Part shown: positions 39,606 to 49,313 of the stretch, one piece after another | Position numbering within the stretch: the first letter of the stretch is position 1 | How the letters are laid out: every line of letters starts with the position of its first letter | DNA from: Gammaproteobacteria bacterium | GTDB taxonomy: Bacteria; Pseudomonadota; Gammaproteobacteria; GCA-002705445; GCA-002716945 | Assembly (NCBI GenBank): GCA_029246085.1 | Contig: JAQWOB010000003.1 | Coordinates: 7,608-71,607 of the forward strand | DNA length: 64,000 nt | Direction of reading: 5' to 3' | Notes under the pieces: model-generated | The model's input: only the letters and a program-made list of their open reading frames with translations | The model's database searches: none | What the model was told of the DNA's origin: nothing | Translations under genes and position numbers: made by a program

Positions 39606-40450
39606 ATATAATTAAATATTAGACCAAAAGTAATTATTAATCCAAAGATATTATTATTTTCGAATGCAGATATGCATTGGTAAGGCTTCCTTGATCTAAC
39701 TAGTAGGTTCTGGTAGATAACGCATAGTAACGATATCAGCACAAAAAAATAATATGCTAGATCAAAAGAGTTTATTAGTCCTAAAAACATAAATCCTATA
39801 ACAATACTGTAATGTAAGTTTAGAGAATATTTTATATCTTTTTCTCCAAAAAATAATGCGGATGATTTTATGCCGATCTTTTTATCATCATCTTTATCTG
39901 CCATTGCATAATAAGTGTCGTACACGATTGCCCATATAATTGTTAATATATATAACAGTATACAATTGATATCAATAGAGCCTTTTTCCAGCATAAATAC
40001 CATTGGTATGCTAGAACCGAATGCCATTCCTAAAATTAATTGAGGTATTTTAAAATACCTTTTAGTTAAAGGATATATGATTAATAAAATTAAGGAGAAT
40101 ATTGTTAATAATATAATTTTAAAACCCAACATCAATAATAATATAAAGCATACGGTAATTAATAATCCGAACAAAGTCAGGGCTTCCTGATTTGAAACTT
40201 TTTTTGAAGCAAGAACACGATTTTTTGTTCTTTCTACTTTAATATCAAAATCCTGATCAAAGTAGTCATTAATAATGCATCCTGCTGATCTCGTGGCAAC
40301 AATCCCAACCGCAAATATTATTAAATATATTATATTAGGGCTGCCTTGGGTAGAAATCATAAATGCCCATATGACTGGCCACATTAATAGGAGAAATCCT
40401 ATTGGCTTATCTACCCTCATTAATTGTAAATATAGTTTATATTTTTCCAT
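39602..40450 (-). CDS. ubiA: 4-hydroxybenzoate polyprenyltransferase.
   Basis: 282 aa with the UbiA N-terminus [20 protein letters not shown] and Asp-rich motifs (NDYFDQDFD). Confidence 0.9.
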   Translation of the reverse strand: MEKYKLYLQLMRVDKPIGFLLLMWPVIWAFMISTQGSPNIIYLIIFAVGIVATRSAGCIINDYFDQDFDIKVERTKNRVLASKKVSNQEALTLFGLLITVCFILLLMLGFKIILLTIFSLILLIIYPLTKRYFKIPQLILGMAFGSSIPMVFMLEKGSIDINCILLYILTIIWAIVYDTYYAMADKDDDKKIGIKSSALFFGEKDIKYSLNLHYSIVIGFMFLGLINSFDLAYYFFVLISLLCVIYQNLLVRSRKPYQCISAFENNNIFGLIITFGLIFNYI

Positions 40451-40985
40451 CTAGCCCCATTTGAAAATATTTATGGATTATAGATTCTTGATTTTCAAGA
40501 AGCCAGTCTATATCGGGTTTATTAGTCATTGCTTTATGAATGGCCTGGCTAGTGGCCTTTCTATGAATATCAAAGAGAATTTTATGGTCTAGGTTATCAT
40601 CATTAGACACTGATGGATTCAGCCATACCGATACAATTACTCCAAGGTCATTTGCTCTTTCTTTGGGTATATCGCCATTTCTAACAGAATCAAGAACTCC
40701 ATTTGCTATAGCAGCTTGCACAGTACCCATTAATATATTTGTATATCTATTTTCTTTAACAGTAACTTTGCTAACCATCAGCGTTGCAGGTTTAACCATT
40801 ATATCTGTATTCATTATTGCAAGAACTTTTGAGTGACCTTTTGATTGGTCTCCAATTAAGTTAGCAAAAGCTGTTCCAAATGGACCATCTAGCTCACCTA
40901 TCACAACTTCTGGCTCTGCAGCTGTTCCAGCAGGACCACCCGCAACTAAAGCCTCTCCTATTTTCATTATAAATTTTTCGTTCAT
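40437..40985 (-). CDS. fae: Formaldehyde-activating enzyme (Fae)-like protein.
   Basis: 182 aa, co-linear with methylotroph Fae by eye (IGEALVAGG...GPFGTAFANLIG...VLAIMNTDIMVKPATLMVSKVTV...DLGVIVSVWLNP). Start overlaps ubiA by 14 nt. Confidence 0.7.
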   Translation of the reverse strand: MNEKFIMKIGEALVAGGPAGTAAEPEVVIGELDGPFGTAFANLIGDQSKGHSKVLAIMNTDIMVKPATLMVSKVTVKENRYTNILMGTVQAAIANGVLDSVRNGDIPKERANDLGVIVSVWLNPSVSNDDNLDHKILFDIHRKATSQAIHKAMTNKPDIDWLLENQESIIHKYFQMGLDGKI

Positions 40986-41052
40986 ATATTTTTCCTACCT
41001 GAGTGAATTTATGCCTATAATATATGTTAAGTTTATGAAAAGGAATAGACGA

Positions 41053-41586
41053 ATGATTAGAAATTTCAATAATAAAAAACCAAATATCCATATAAGCGCA
41101 TATGTAGATGAGCAAGCGACTGTAATAGGTGATGTAACAATTGGGAAAGATAGTGCCTTATGGCCGCAGGCTGTAGCTAGAGGGGATATAAACAGTATAA
41201 CAATAGGTGATAGAACTAATATACAGGATGGCTCTATCTTACATGTTACTCATGCCGGAGAATTTTGTCCTTCAGGATATCCTCTTAGTATTGGCAGTGA
41301 TGTAACCATTGGACACTCTGCAGTTATACATGCTTGCACAATAAAGAATAAATGTCTTATCGGTATGGGAAGTATTATTTTAGATGGCGCAATTATTAAT
41401 TCTGAATGCATGATTGCAGCAGGCGCCTTAGTAGGGCCTGGTAAAACAATTGATAGTGGTTATTTATATGTTGGCAGTCCAGCAAAGAAAGCACGTAAAT
41501 TAACTGAGAAGGAATTGGAATTTTTAATTTATTCTGCAAAAGGTTATGTAGACCTAAAGAATAAATATTTAAAATTAAAAACCTAG
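41053..41586 (+). CDS. yrdA: Gamma-class carbonic anhydrase family / hexapeptide-repeat protein (YrdA-like).
   Basis: Co-linear with E. coli YrdA (IGDVTIG...WPQAVARGDINSITIGDRTNIQDGSILHVTH...GMGSIILDGAII...SGYLYVGSPAKK). Start moved to the Met at 41053, behind an AAGGAA RBS. Divergent from aroE, as in E. coli. Confidence 0.85.
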   Translation: MIRNFNNKKPNIHISAYVDEQATVIGDVTIGKDSALWPQAVARGDINSITIGDRTNIQDGSILHVTHAGEFCPSGYPLSIGSDVTIGHSAVIHACTIKNKCLIGMGSIILDGAIINSECMIAAGALVGPGKTIDSGYLYVGSPAKKARKLTEKELEFLIYSAKGYVDLKNKYLKLKT

Positions 41587-42381
41587 AATTTTATTTAACC
41601 CTTTTGTTTCTGGCTTAAAACTATTCCAGATATTATAGGATAATGCTGCCTGTTCTATGAGCATACCTAGTCCATTATGTGTTTCTTTAACACCATTATT
41701 TTTAGACCAAGTCTGAAAACTTGTAATATTTTTGGAATAAAATAAATCATAGCTAATACTTGAGCTGTCAAAGATATCAGTTGGGAAACTTATTTCATTA
41801 TTATTTAGGCTAACAGGAGTTGTATTTATGACTATATTATATTTTGAGCCTTTTTTATAATGAGATATATTTGATGAAGTTTTATGTTTATCAATTATTT
41901 GGTCTATTCTTTGTTCAGTTCTGCTTAAAATATCAATTTTTTCTATATGTATTTTACTTAGAGAATTTATAATGCTTCTTGCGGAACCCCCGGCACCAAG
42001 TATCAATATTTTCTTTTGTACTAAATTTATATCTTTATTTTCTAAGTCTTTAAGGAATCCTTCTCCATCAGTATTGAAAGCTTTAATTTTACCATTGTGT
42101 GCCATTAAAGTATTAGCACATTCACACTCTAAAGCAGATATATCATGTTCGTTAGCAAAATTAAATGCTAGTTCTTTGAATGGTATGGTCACATTGGCGC
42201 CATAGCCTTTTTTAGAGAAGAAGCTTTGAGTATGTGTTTCGAAATGATCTTCTGATTCTGGCTCAATCATTTTATATTGAATGCTAATACCTTGCTGTCT
42301 AGCAAATTCTTTATGAATTGTTGGAGATAGGCTATGTCCTATAGGGTTGCCTATAACTGTAAATTTTCTTACTTCATCCAT
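41575..42381 (-). CDS. aroE: Shikimate dehydrogenase.
   Basis: 268 aa with the AroE N-terminus FTVIGNPIGHSLSPTIH and a Rossmann motif (ILGAGGSARS). Confidence 0.9.
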   Translation of the reverse strand: MDEVRKFTVIGNPIGHSLSPTIHKEFARQQGISIQYKMIEPESEDHFETHTQSFFSKKGYGANVTIPFKELAFNFANEHDISALECECANTLMAHNGKIKAFNTDGEGFLKDLENKDINLVQKKILILGAGGSARSIINSLSKIHIEKIDILSRTEQRIDQIIDKHKTSSNISHYKKGSKYNIVINTTPVSLNNNEISFPTDIFDSSSISYDLFYSKNITSFQTWSKNNGVKETHNGLGMLIEQAALSYNIWNSFKPETKGLNKILGF

Positions 42382-43361
42382 TTTAATGCATCCTTTGCAT
42401 AGTAAGTAATAATAGCATTAGCCCCTGCTCTTTTCATGCACATAAGAGATTCTAGAACTACCTTCTTTTCATCTAACCAGTTATTTTTTGAAGCAGCTTT
42501 TATCATTGCATATTCACCGCTAACCTGATAAATAAATATTGGTACATTAAATAAATCGTCTATTTTTGAAACTATATCTAAATATGGCATTCCAGGCTTG
42601 ATCATAATAATATCTGCGCCTTCTGATATATCCATTTCTACTTCACGCATAGAATCTTTTTTATTTGCATAATCCATTTGATAAGTATCTTTATTAAGAG
42701 TTCCAAGATTTTTAACGGAGCCTACAGCGTCCCTGAAGGGCCCATAAAAATTTGATGAATATTTTGCAGCATAAGATAAAATTTTTGTATCTATAAACTT
42801 ATTTTTTTCTAGAGATTTTCTAATAGCTTTTATTCTTCCATCCATCATATCTGAAGGAGCTATTATATCTACTCCACACTCAGCATGACTTAAAGATTGT
42901 TTAACTAGCACCTCTATAGTTTCATCGTTAAGAATTTCTTTATTAGCCCCTAGTATTCCATCTTGCCCATGAACCGTATATGGATCTAAAGCAACATCAC
43001 TTATTATTGCAATATCTTTTACAGATTTTTTAATACTTCTTATAGCCCTTTGCATCAAACCATCTTGATTAAATGATTCTGTTCCTTGAATATCTTTATA
43101 CTTTTTCTCGATACATGGAAATAAAGCTATACCTTGAATGCCAAGTTTTTTTAAAATCTTTATTTCTTTAATTGCAATATCTATACTCATTCTATAAATA
43201 TCAGGCATGGACTTAATTTTTTCAGTTTTATTATTTCCTTCTATGATAAAAATTGGCTGTATTAAGTCATGAGGAGACAATATATTCTCCCTAATTAGAT
43301 TTCGAATAGGGCTATTATTGCGAAGTCTCCTTAGTCTTATATTTGGAAAATTTTTTTTCAT
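42369..43361 (-). CDS. hemB: Porphobilinogen synthase (delta-aminolevulinate dehydratase).
   Basis: 330 aa with the HemB N-terminus (RLRRLRNNSPIRNLIRE) and the active-site Lys region. Confidence 0.95.
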   Translation of the reverse strand: MKKNFPNIRLRRLRNNSPIRNLIRENILSPHDLIQPIFIIEGNNKTEKIKSMPDIYRMSIDIAIKEIKILKKLGIQGIALFPCIEKKYKDIQGTESFNQDGLMQRAIRSIKKSVKDIAIISDVALDPYTVHGQDGILGANKEILNDETIEVLVKQSLSHAECGVDIIAPSDMMDGRIKAIRKSLEKNKFIDTKILSYAAKYSSNFYGPFRDAVGSVKNLGTLNKDTYQMDYANKKDSMREVEMDISEGADIIMIKPGMPYLDIVSKIDDLFNVPIFIYQVSGEYAMIKAASKNNWLDEKKVVLESLMCMKRAGANAIITYYAKDALKWMK

Positions 43362-43437
43362 TTTATTAGTCTAACACTTTTTATTTTAAGAGAAGATGTT
43401 ATATTAATCTATCTACAATTATAACAATGGAGGTTAT

Positions 43438-43914
43438 ATGTCTATTTGGCATGAAAAATTCACTTTAGAACATGTTATTTCTTTAAGAAATAATAATTTA
43501 AATAAGCATTTGGGCATTGAATTTATTGAGTTGGGTGAAGATTATATTGTGGCTAGAATGCCGGTTGAAGACTTTACAAGGCAATCTAGGGGCATACTGC
43601 ATGGTGGAGCATCATGCGTTCTAGCAGAAGCTCTCGGAAGCATCGCATCCAATATCTGCATAGATATGAGAAAACAAAAAGCTGTTGGTTTAGAAATAAA
43701 TGCAAATCATGTAAGACCAGTCTCTAGTGGCTATGTTACAGGGAAGACTACTGTCGCAAGTCTTGGAAGATCTGTTCATGTATGGAATATTGATATAAAA
43801 AATGATGCCGGTAAAATGAACTGTGTTTCTCGATTGACGACAGCTATAGTAAATCTTAAAGAAGATGAAATTATAAAAAACTCTAAACTCTTAGATGATT
43901 TATTAAAAACTTGA
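43438..43914 (+). CDS. PaaI/YdiI-type hotdog-fold acyl-CoA thioesterase.
   Basis: 158 aa with the HGGASCVLAEALGS motif of the PaaI family. Confidence 0.75.
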   Translation: MSIWHEKFTLEHVISLRNNNLNKHLGIEFIELGEDYIVARMPVEDFTRQSRGILHGGASCVLAEALGSIASNICIDMRKQKAVGLEINANHVRPVSSGYVTGKTTVASLGRSVHVWNIDIKNDAGKMNCVSRLTTAIVNLKEDEIIKNSKLLDDLLKT

Positions 43915-43917
43915 GGT

Positions 43918-44805
43918 TTATAAAAATTTCTTAAGATTTTTCTCGAATGCGGCTAATTTAATATCTTTTTTACCCGTCCATATTACGCTGGGAGGCATAG
44001 ACATTAGTATAGAGTCTGCTCTGCCACCAGACTGTAATCCGAATATAGTTCCTCTATCATAGACTAAATTAAATTCCACATATCTTCCGCGTCTAATTAG
44101 CTGAAAGGTTTTATGTGTTTTATTATATTTTTTCTTAGTACGTTTCTTAATTATATGTACATAAGACTCTAAATATGTGTTTCCTGTATCTAGAACAAAC
44201 TCTTTATAGAAACTTTTTTTCTGGTTATTAAGGTTATCAAAGAATAAACCTCCTATCCCTCTCTTTTCGTTTCTATGTTTATTAAAAAAGTATTCATCAC
44301 ATTGTTTGCTAAAGTCCTGATAGAAAGTGCTTTTATATTTATCGCATACTTTTTTAGCTGATTCATGCCAAGATTTTATATCATCTAAATATACAAAATA
44401 TGGAGTAAGGTCAAAACCGCCACCAAACCACCAATTTTTTTTTGACTTATTATCTGTTTCAAAATATCTTATGTTAAAATGTGAGCAAGGTACAAAAGGG
44501 TTATCAGGATGAATAACAACTGAAACGCCTGTAGCAAGAAAGCTTTTAACGCCCCCCTTTATTTTTTCTGCTAATGCACTGTTTGGTAGAACAAGGCCCT
44601 CTATTGAAGAAAAATTAACCATTCCCTTTTCTATTACTCTTCCATCAGAAAGTTCACAGCTTATGCCGCCACCACCAGATTTATACTTCCATCTTGTTTT
44701 TGAAATTTTTACTTTTTGATCCAGGTCATGAAAGTTATTAATAATATTTTTTTGTAACTTCTTGAAAAGTAATTCTATCTCTTTAAAATCTTTAGACTTT
44801 TTCAT
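43918..44805 (-). CDS. hemF: Oxygen-dependent coproporphyrinogen-III oxidase.
   Basis: 295 aa with conserved HemF segments (RRGRYVEFNLVYDRGTIFGLQSGGR, NTPYFVYLDD). Confidence 0.93.
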   Translation of the reverse strand: MKKSKDFKEIELLFKKLQKNIINNFHDLDQKVKISKTRWKYKSGGGGISCELSDGRVIEKGMVNFSSIEGLVLPNSALAEKIKGGVKSFLATGVSVVIHPDNPFVPCSHFNIRYFETDNKSKKNWWFGGGFDLTPYFVYLDDIKSWHESAKKVCDKYKSTFYQDFSKQCDEYFFNKHRNEKRGIGGLFFDNLNNQKKSFYKEFVLDTGNTYLESYVHIIKKRTKKKYNKTHKTFQLIRRGRYVEFNLVYDRGTIFGLQSGGRADSILMSMPPSVIWTGKKDIKLAAFEKNLKKFL

Positions 44806-45353
44806 TTCCTTATATTCTCATTAGTTCTCATATCAATTATTATACTAGGTTTGCTATAATTACCTATATCACCTTCTATCAAATAATCTACTTTATTCTG
44901 AAACTCAGATATAAAAACTTTTTGATCTTTAATATTTTTATCCCCACTTATATTAGCACTGGTTGAGATTATTGGACTTTGAAACTTATCACATATTTTA
45001 TTAATTACAGGATGATCTGATATTCTTATCCCAATAAGACCAGTATCTTCATCTATTAACCAATATGGGACATCTTTTTTTGCTGGTATTAACCAGGTTG
45101 TATGACCAGGCCAAGTAGACTTTACTTTTTCAGTGATAATATTAATATCCACTAGGTTTGTTAATTGATTGATACTTGAGGCAACCAAGAGAAAAGGTTT
45201 TTTTGAGTTACGATTTTTAATATTAGAAATTCTAACTACAGCTTTTTCATTCCATGGATCACAGCCTAACCCAAATACTGCTTCAGTTGGGTAGCCTATA
45301 ACACCACCGTCACTAAGCAGTTTAATAGCATTCTCAGGAGAACCAATTATCAT
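44802..45353 (-). CDS. tsaC: L-threonylcarbamoyladenylate synthase TsaC (YrdC).
   Basis: 183 aa with YrdC domain motifs (IGYPTEAVFGLGCD, KNRNSKKPFLLV). Confidence 0.88.
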   Translation of the reverse strand: MIIGSPENAIKLLSDGGVIGYPTEAVFGLGCDPWNEKAVVRISNIKNRNSKKPFLLVASSINQLTNLVDINIITEKVKSTWPGHTTWLIPAKKDVPYWLIDEDTGLIGIRISDHPVINKICDKFQSPIISTSANISGDKNIKDQKVFISEFQNKVDYLIEGDIGNYSKPSIIIDMRTNENIRK

Positions 45354-47671
45354 TTTTTCTTAGCTCTAAATTTCCTTCTAAATTTCTTTTTTGGAGCATT
45401 TTTTATCATTTCAATGCATGTTTCTTCATCTAAATCTTTGGGTTCTACATCTTTTGGAATTTTAGCATTCACTTTTCCATTAGTTATATAAGGACCAAAT
45501 CGGCCATTCAGTACTTTTATTCCAGATTCTTCAAAGAAATTTATGTTTGCATTTATATCAGCTTCAATTTTTTCTTCTATTAACTCAATTGCTTCTTCTT
45601 CTTCTATACTAAAAATATCTCTTCCTCTAACAGAAACATTGGTTTTGCCGCATTTTAAATATGGGCCAAATGGGCCTATGTTTATTAAAACATCGTCTTC
45701 TTTGAAAGTTCCAATCTTTTCGGGTAAACCAAACATCCTGATAGCATCATCCATAGTGATAGAGTCAATATTTTTTTTCTGCTCATATGTAAGCGCAGCC
45801 CACTTAGGTTTTTCTTCATCTTCTTTAGTGCCCATTTGAATAGTCGGGCCATATTTAGTAAGCCTCACGGTTACTGGCCTACCTGTTTCTGGGTGAATGC
45901 CTAGGTCTTTTAATTCTCTTGTTTCTGATATATCTACCGTCACTAGTTTATCTTCAAGATTAACTCTAAATGGCTCATAAGTAGATTTAATGCAGGTCAT
46001 AGGATCTTGATCACCATTAGCAATTTTATCAAGATTATCCTCTAGCTTTGCTGTGAAATCATAGTCTACTAAATCATTACTGAAATGTTTCGTAAGAGTA
46101 TCACAAACAACTTTTGCTAGTGCTGTTGGCTGGAAGTTGCTAGCCTCAGGGTCGACATAATTACTGTCAAGTATTTTTGATATGATGGTAACATAGGTAG
46201 ATGGACGTCCAATTCCTAATTCTTCTAATGCTTGAATTAAGCTGGCCTGATTATACCTAGCTGGTGGTTGTGTAAATTTTTGGTCTACATTAATTTCTTT
46301 AATAGAAAGTTTGTCTCCTTCTTTTAGATTACCTAAAATTCTCTTATTTATTTTTTCTTTTTCATCATTTTCAGATAAGTCATATATTTCTTTGAATCCA
46401 TTATCTTTTAAAAAAGAACCGCTATACTTATATAAAAATTTTTCTCCCAAAAGAAACTCTATCCCTACTTGTTTATAGGTAGCATCTATCATTTGAGATG
46501 CCACTGTTCGTTTCCAAATTAGTTCATATAGTTTAAAATCAGAATCATCAAGATATTTTTTAACCTTCGTTGGGGTATTAAATATTGACGTAGGCCTTAT
46601 TGCCTCATGTGCTTCTTGAGCATTTTTTACCTTTTTTGAATATTTTCTTATTTCTTTTGATTTATATTTTTTATGGTTTTCATCTAAATAATCCCCTATA
46701 TCTTTCAGACAGTCATCTGATAAGTTTGTAGAATCAGTTCTCATATATGAGATTAAACCAACTGGCTCACTATCTCCAAGCGTCATGCCTTGATATAACC
46801 TTTGTGCAATTGCTGAGGTTTGTTTAACGGAAAAACTTAATGTTGAATATGCTGCCTGTTGAAGGGAAGCAGTAGTAAATGGAGCACGAGGCTTCAATTT
46901 CCTTTCAGAGGTTTTAATACTATTAATTGGAATATCTTTGAATTTATTTAATTCATTTTTTATTTTGTCTGCATCTTTTTCATTTGCAATATTTGTAATA
47001 TTTCCCTTTTTTATCTTTTCTCCATCAATTGATATTAGGTCTAGATCTATGCAGTCATCTTTACTGCAAGCAACTAAGGTACTAATCCAATACTCAATAG
47101 GATTAAACGCACTTATTTCATGTTCCTTTTCCACTATAAGTCTTAATGCTGGACTTTGTACTCTGCCACCCCTCGCCATCCTACTGACTTTTTTCCATAA
47201 AAATTCTGTTATATCATAGCCCATTAGGTAGTCTAATGTTCTCCGTGCTAAATAAGCATTCCATAGGTTATCAGATATTTGTCTTGGGCTTTCTAATGCT
47301 GTCAATACAGCATTTTCTGTAATTTCATTAAATGCAACCCTATATGTTTTTTTCCCTTTTAGGAGTTTAGCTTTATCTAAAATATCATATATATGTTTAG
47401 AGATTGCTTCACCTTCCCTGTCCGGGTCAGTAGCAAAATATACAGTATCAGCATCTTTAGAATACTTTTTTATATCATTAATTATGTCTTTCTTATCTTT
47501 TGAGATAGACCAAACAGGAGAATAGTTATTTTCTACATCAATCCCTTTTCTTGAGCTAGCCATTAAATCTCTTACATGTCCTACGGAAGCGACTACCTTA
47601 TAGTCATCTCCAAGAAACTTTTGTATTGACTTCACTTTAGTGGGTGACTCTACAATTAATAAATTTTTCAT
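45350..47671 (-). CDS. topA: DNA topoisomerase I.
   Basis: 773 aa with an N-terminal Toprim domain (LLIVESPTKVKSIQKFLG, DPDREGE), a catalytic Tyr region and a C-terminal basic tail. Confidence 0.95.
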   Translation of the reverse strand: MKNLLIVESPTKVKSIQKFLGDDYKVVASVGHVRDLMASSRKGIDVENNYSPVWSISKDKKDIINDIKKYSKDADTVYFATDPDREGEAISKHIYDILDKAKLLKGKKTYRVAFNEITENAVLTALESPRQISDNLWNAYLARRTLDYLMGYDITEFLWKKVSRMARGGRVQSPALRLIVEKEHEISAFNPIEYWISTLVACSKDDCIDLDLISIDGEKIKKGNITNIANEKDADKIKNELNKFKDIPINSIKTSERKLKPRAPFTTASLQQAAYSTLSFSVKQTSAIAQRLYQGMTLGDSEPVGLISYMRTDSTNLSDDCLKDIGDYLDENHKKYKSKEIRKYSKKVKNAQEAHEAIRPTSIFNTPTKVKKYLDDSDFKLYELIWKRTVASQMIDATYKQVGIEFLLGEKFLYKYSGSFLKDNGFKEIYDLSENDEKEKINKRILGNLKEGDKLSIKEINVDQKFTQPPARYNQASLIQALEELGIGRPSTYVTIISKILDSNYVDPEASNFQPTALAKVVCDTLTKHFSNDLVDYDFTAKLEDNLDKIANGDQDPMTCIKSTYEPFRVNLEDKLVTVDISETRELKDLGIHPETGRPVTVRLTKYGPTIQMGTKEDEEKPKWAALTYEQKKNIDSITMDDAIRMFGLPEKIGTFKEDDVLINIGPFGPYLKCGKTNVSVRGRDIFSIEEEEAIELIEEKIEADINANINFFEESGIKVLNGRFGPYITNGKVNAKIPKDVEPKDLDEETCIEMIKNAPKKKFRRKFRAKKK

Positions 47672-47760
47672 TTTTAACTCTAACTCTTATAAATATGCAT
47701 TTTTTTACTTTATACTATTAAAATGAATATATTTACAACTATTTTTGAGAATCATTAATT

Positions 47761-48297
47761 ATGGAATTATTAAATGTGCTGCATTTTCCAGACAATAGAT
47801 TGCGGGAAAAAGGCAAAAGTGTTGATATATATGATGATAATCTTAACATAATTGCAAGGAACATGCTCCATACGATGTATGAGTGTAAAGGGATTGGTTT
47901 AGCTGCAGTTCAAGTTAATATTCAAATAAGGCTGATTGTTATAGATATAAGCGAAGATAGGAATGAGCCATTATTTCTTGTTAACCCAGTAATTAATTCT
48001 AAAGAAGATAAGATCATTTTTGAAGAAGGCTGTCTTTCAGTACCTGGATTTTATGAACCAGTAGAGAGATTTAATCAAATCACTTATAGCTTTCATGATT
48101 TAAAAGGGGATTTACATGAATCTAATGCTAATGGACTTTTAGCAGTTTGCATACAACATGAGATTGATCACCTTGATGGAAAATTATTTGTTGATTATAT
48201 ATCTGATATTAAGAGAGACAGAATAGCTAAGAAAATAAAAAAGCAAACATCACAGGGAATATTATCTGCCAGAAAAGGCGTTCCCTATTCAATATAA
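47761..48297 (+). CDS. def: Peptide deformylase.
   Basis: 178 aa with GIGLAAVQV, EGCLSVPG and HEIDHLDG motifs. Confidence 0.95.
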   Translation: MELLNVLHFPDNRLREKGKSVDIYDDNLNIIARNMLHTMYECKGIGLAAVQVNIQIRLIVIDISEDRNEPLFLVNPVINSKEDKIIFEEGCLSVPGFYEPVERFNQITYSFHDLKGDLHESNANGLLAVCIQHEIDHLDGKLFVDYISDIKRDRIAKKIKKQTSQGILSARKGVPYSI

Positions 48298-48315
48298 CAG
48301 TTTGGATAAATTAAG

Positions 48316-49242
48316 TTGAACATTATATTTTTTGGAAGCCCCTCATATTCTTGTAAAGTTTTAGAATCATTACTAGCAAATAAACATGTTGTTCAAACTG
48401 TTGTTACTCAAAATTTCAAGAACAATAGAAGAACAAAAACTCCAGTAGGTTTACTTAGTGAAAGTAAAAATATAAATACATTATATCCTGCAGATCTCAG
48501 TGACAAAAAATTTATTGAAACATTGAAATCTTATAATGCTGATCTTTACATTGTATATGCTTATGGAAAAATATTACCTCCCGAACTAATTTCGTTGCCA
48601 AAATATGGAGTAATAAATATTCATTGCTCTCTTCTTCCAAAATGGAGAGGTGCTGCTCCAATACAAAGAGCTTTAGAAAAAGGTGACCTAAAGACAGGTG
48701 TGACATTTTTTAAAATAGATGAGTCATTAGACACAGGAGCTATCATAGCTTCTTATGAATATAATATTGAAGAGAATGACCATGCTTTATTATTAGAAGA
48801 TAAGCTCACTCAGATAGCAGTTGATCATCTTGAGGAAGTTTTTTTGTTAAACTCTAATTTATCTGGCTTCATTCAACAAAATGAATTTTCTGCTAGTTAT
48901 GCTAAAAAAATTCATAAAGCTGAAGCTATTATAAATTGGAATCATGATCCTTATTCTATATGCTGTAAAATTAAATCTCTAACAGGTGGGCCTATAGCAG
49001 AAACAGAATTATTTGGAATTAAGCTTAAAGTCTGGAAAGCCAAACAAGTATTGTATGCTGGTAAAGAAGAACCAGGGACAATAATTAAGTTTAATTATGA
49101 TGAATTATGTATTGTTGCCAACAATGGTGCCGTCAGTATAGAAAAATTACAATTACCAGGAAAGAATATAATCTCTGCACGAGACTTATTTAACTCGAAT
49201 AGTGCTTTTGTTTGTAAAATCAAGCAGTATTTGCGCAAATAA
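48316..49242 (+). CDS. fmt: Methionyl-tRNA formyltransferase.
   Basis: 308 aa with the N-terminal formyltransferase domain (IIFFGSP, HCSLLPKWRGAAPIQRA). Confidence 0.93.
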   Translation: MNIIFFGSPSYSCKVLESLLANKHVVQTVVTQNFKNNRRTKTPVGLLSESKNINTLYPADLSDKKFIETLKSYNADLYIVYAYGKILPPELISLPKYGVINIHCSLLPKWRGAAPIQRALEKGDLKTGVTFFKIDESLDTGAIIASYEYNIEENDHALLLEDKLTQIAVDHLEEVFLLNSNLSGFIQQNEFSASYAKKIHKAEAIINWNHDPYSICCKIKSLTGGPIAETELFGIKLKVWKAKQVLYAGKEEPGTIIKFNYDELCIVANNGAVSIEKLQLPGKNIISARDLFNSNSAFVCKIKQYLRK

Positions 49243-49313
49243 ATAGTATATATCTATTATAATTAGCTTAATATGGTGTAGAATGAACTCGTGAAAATAA
49301 CCTAGTAAAAGAA

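Noticed and set aside
45543-47219. Plus-strand ORFs of 98 and 93 aa within topA.
   Set aside because: Antisense to topA. Their Ser/Phe/Ile-rich products are typical of reverse-strand frames.
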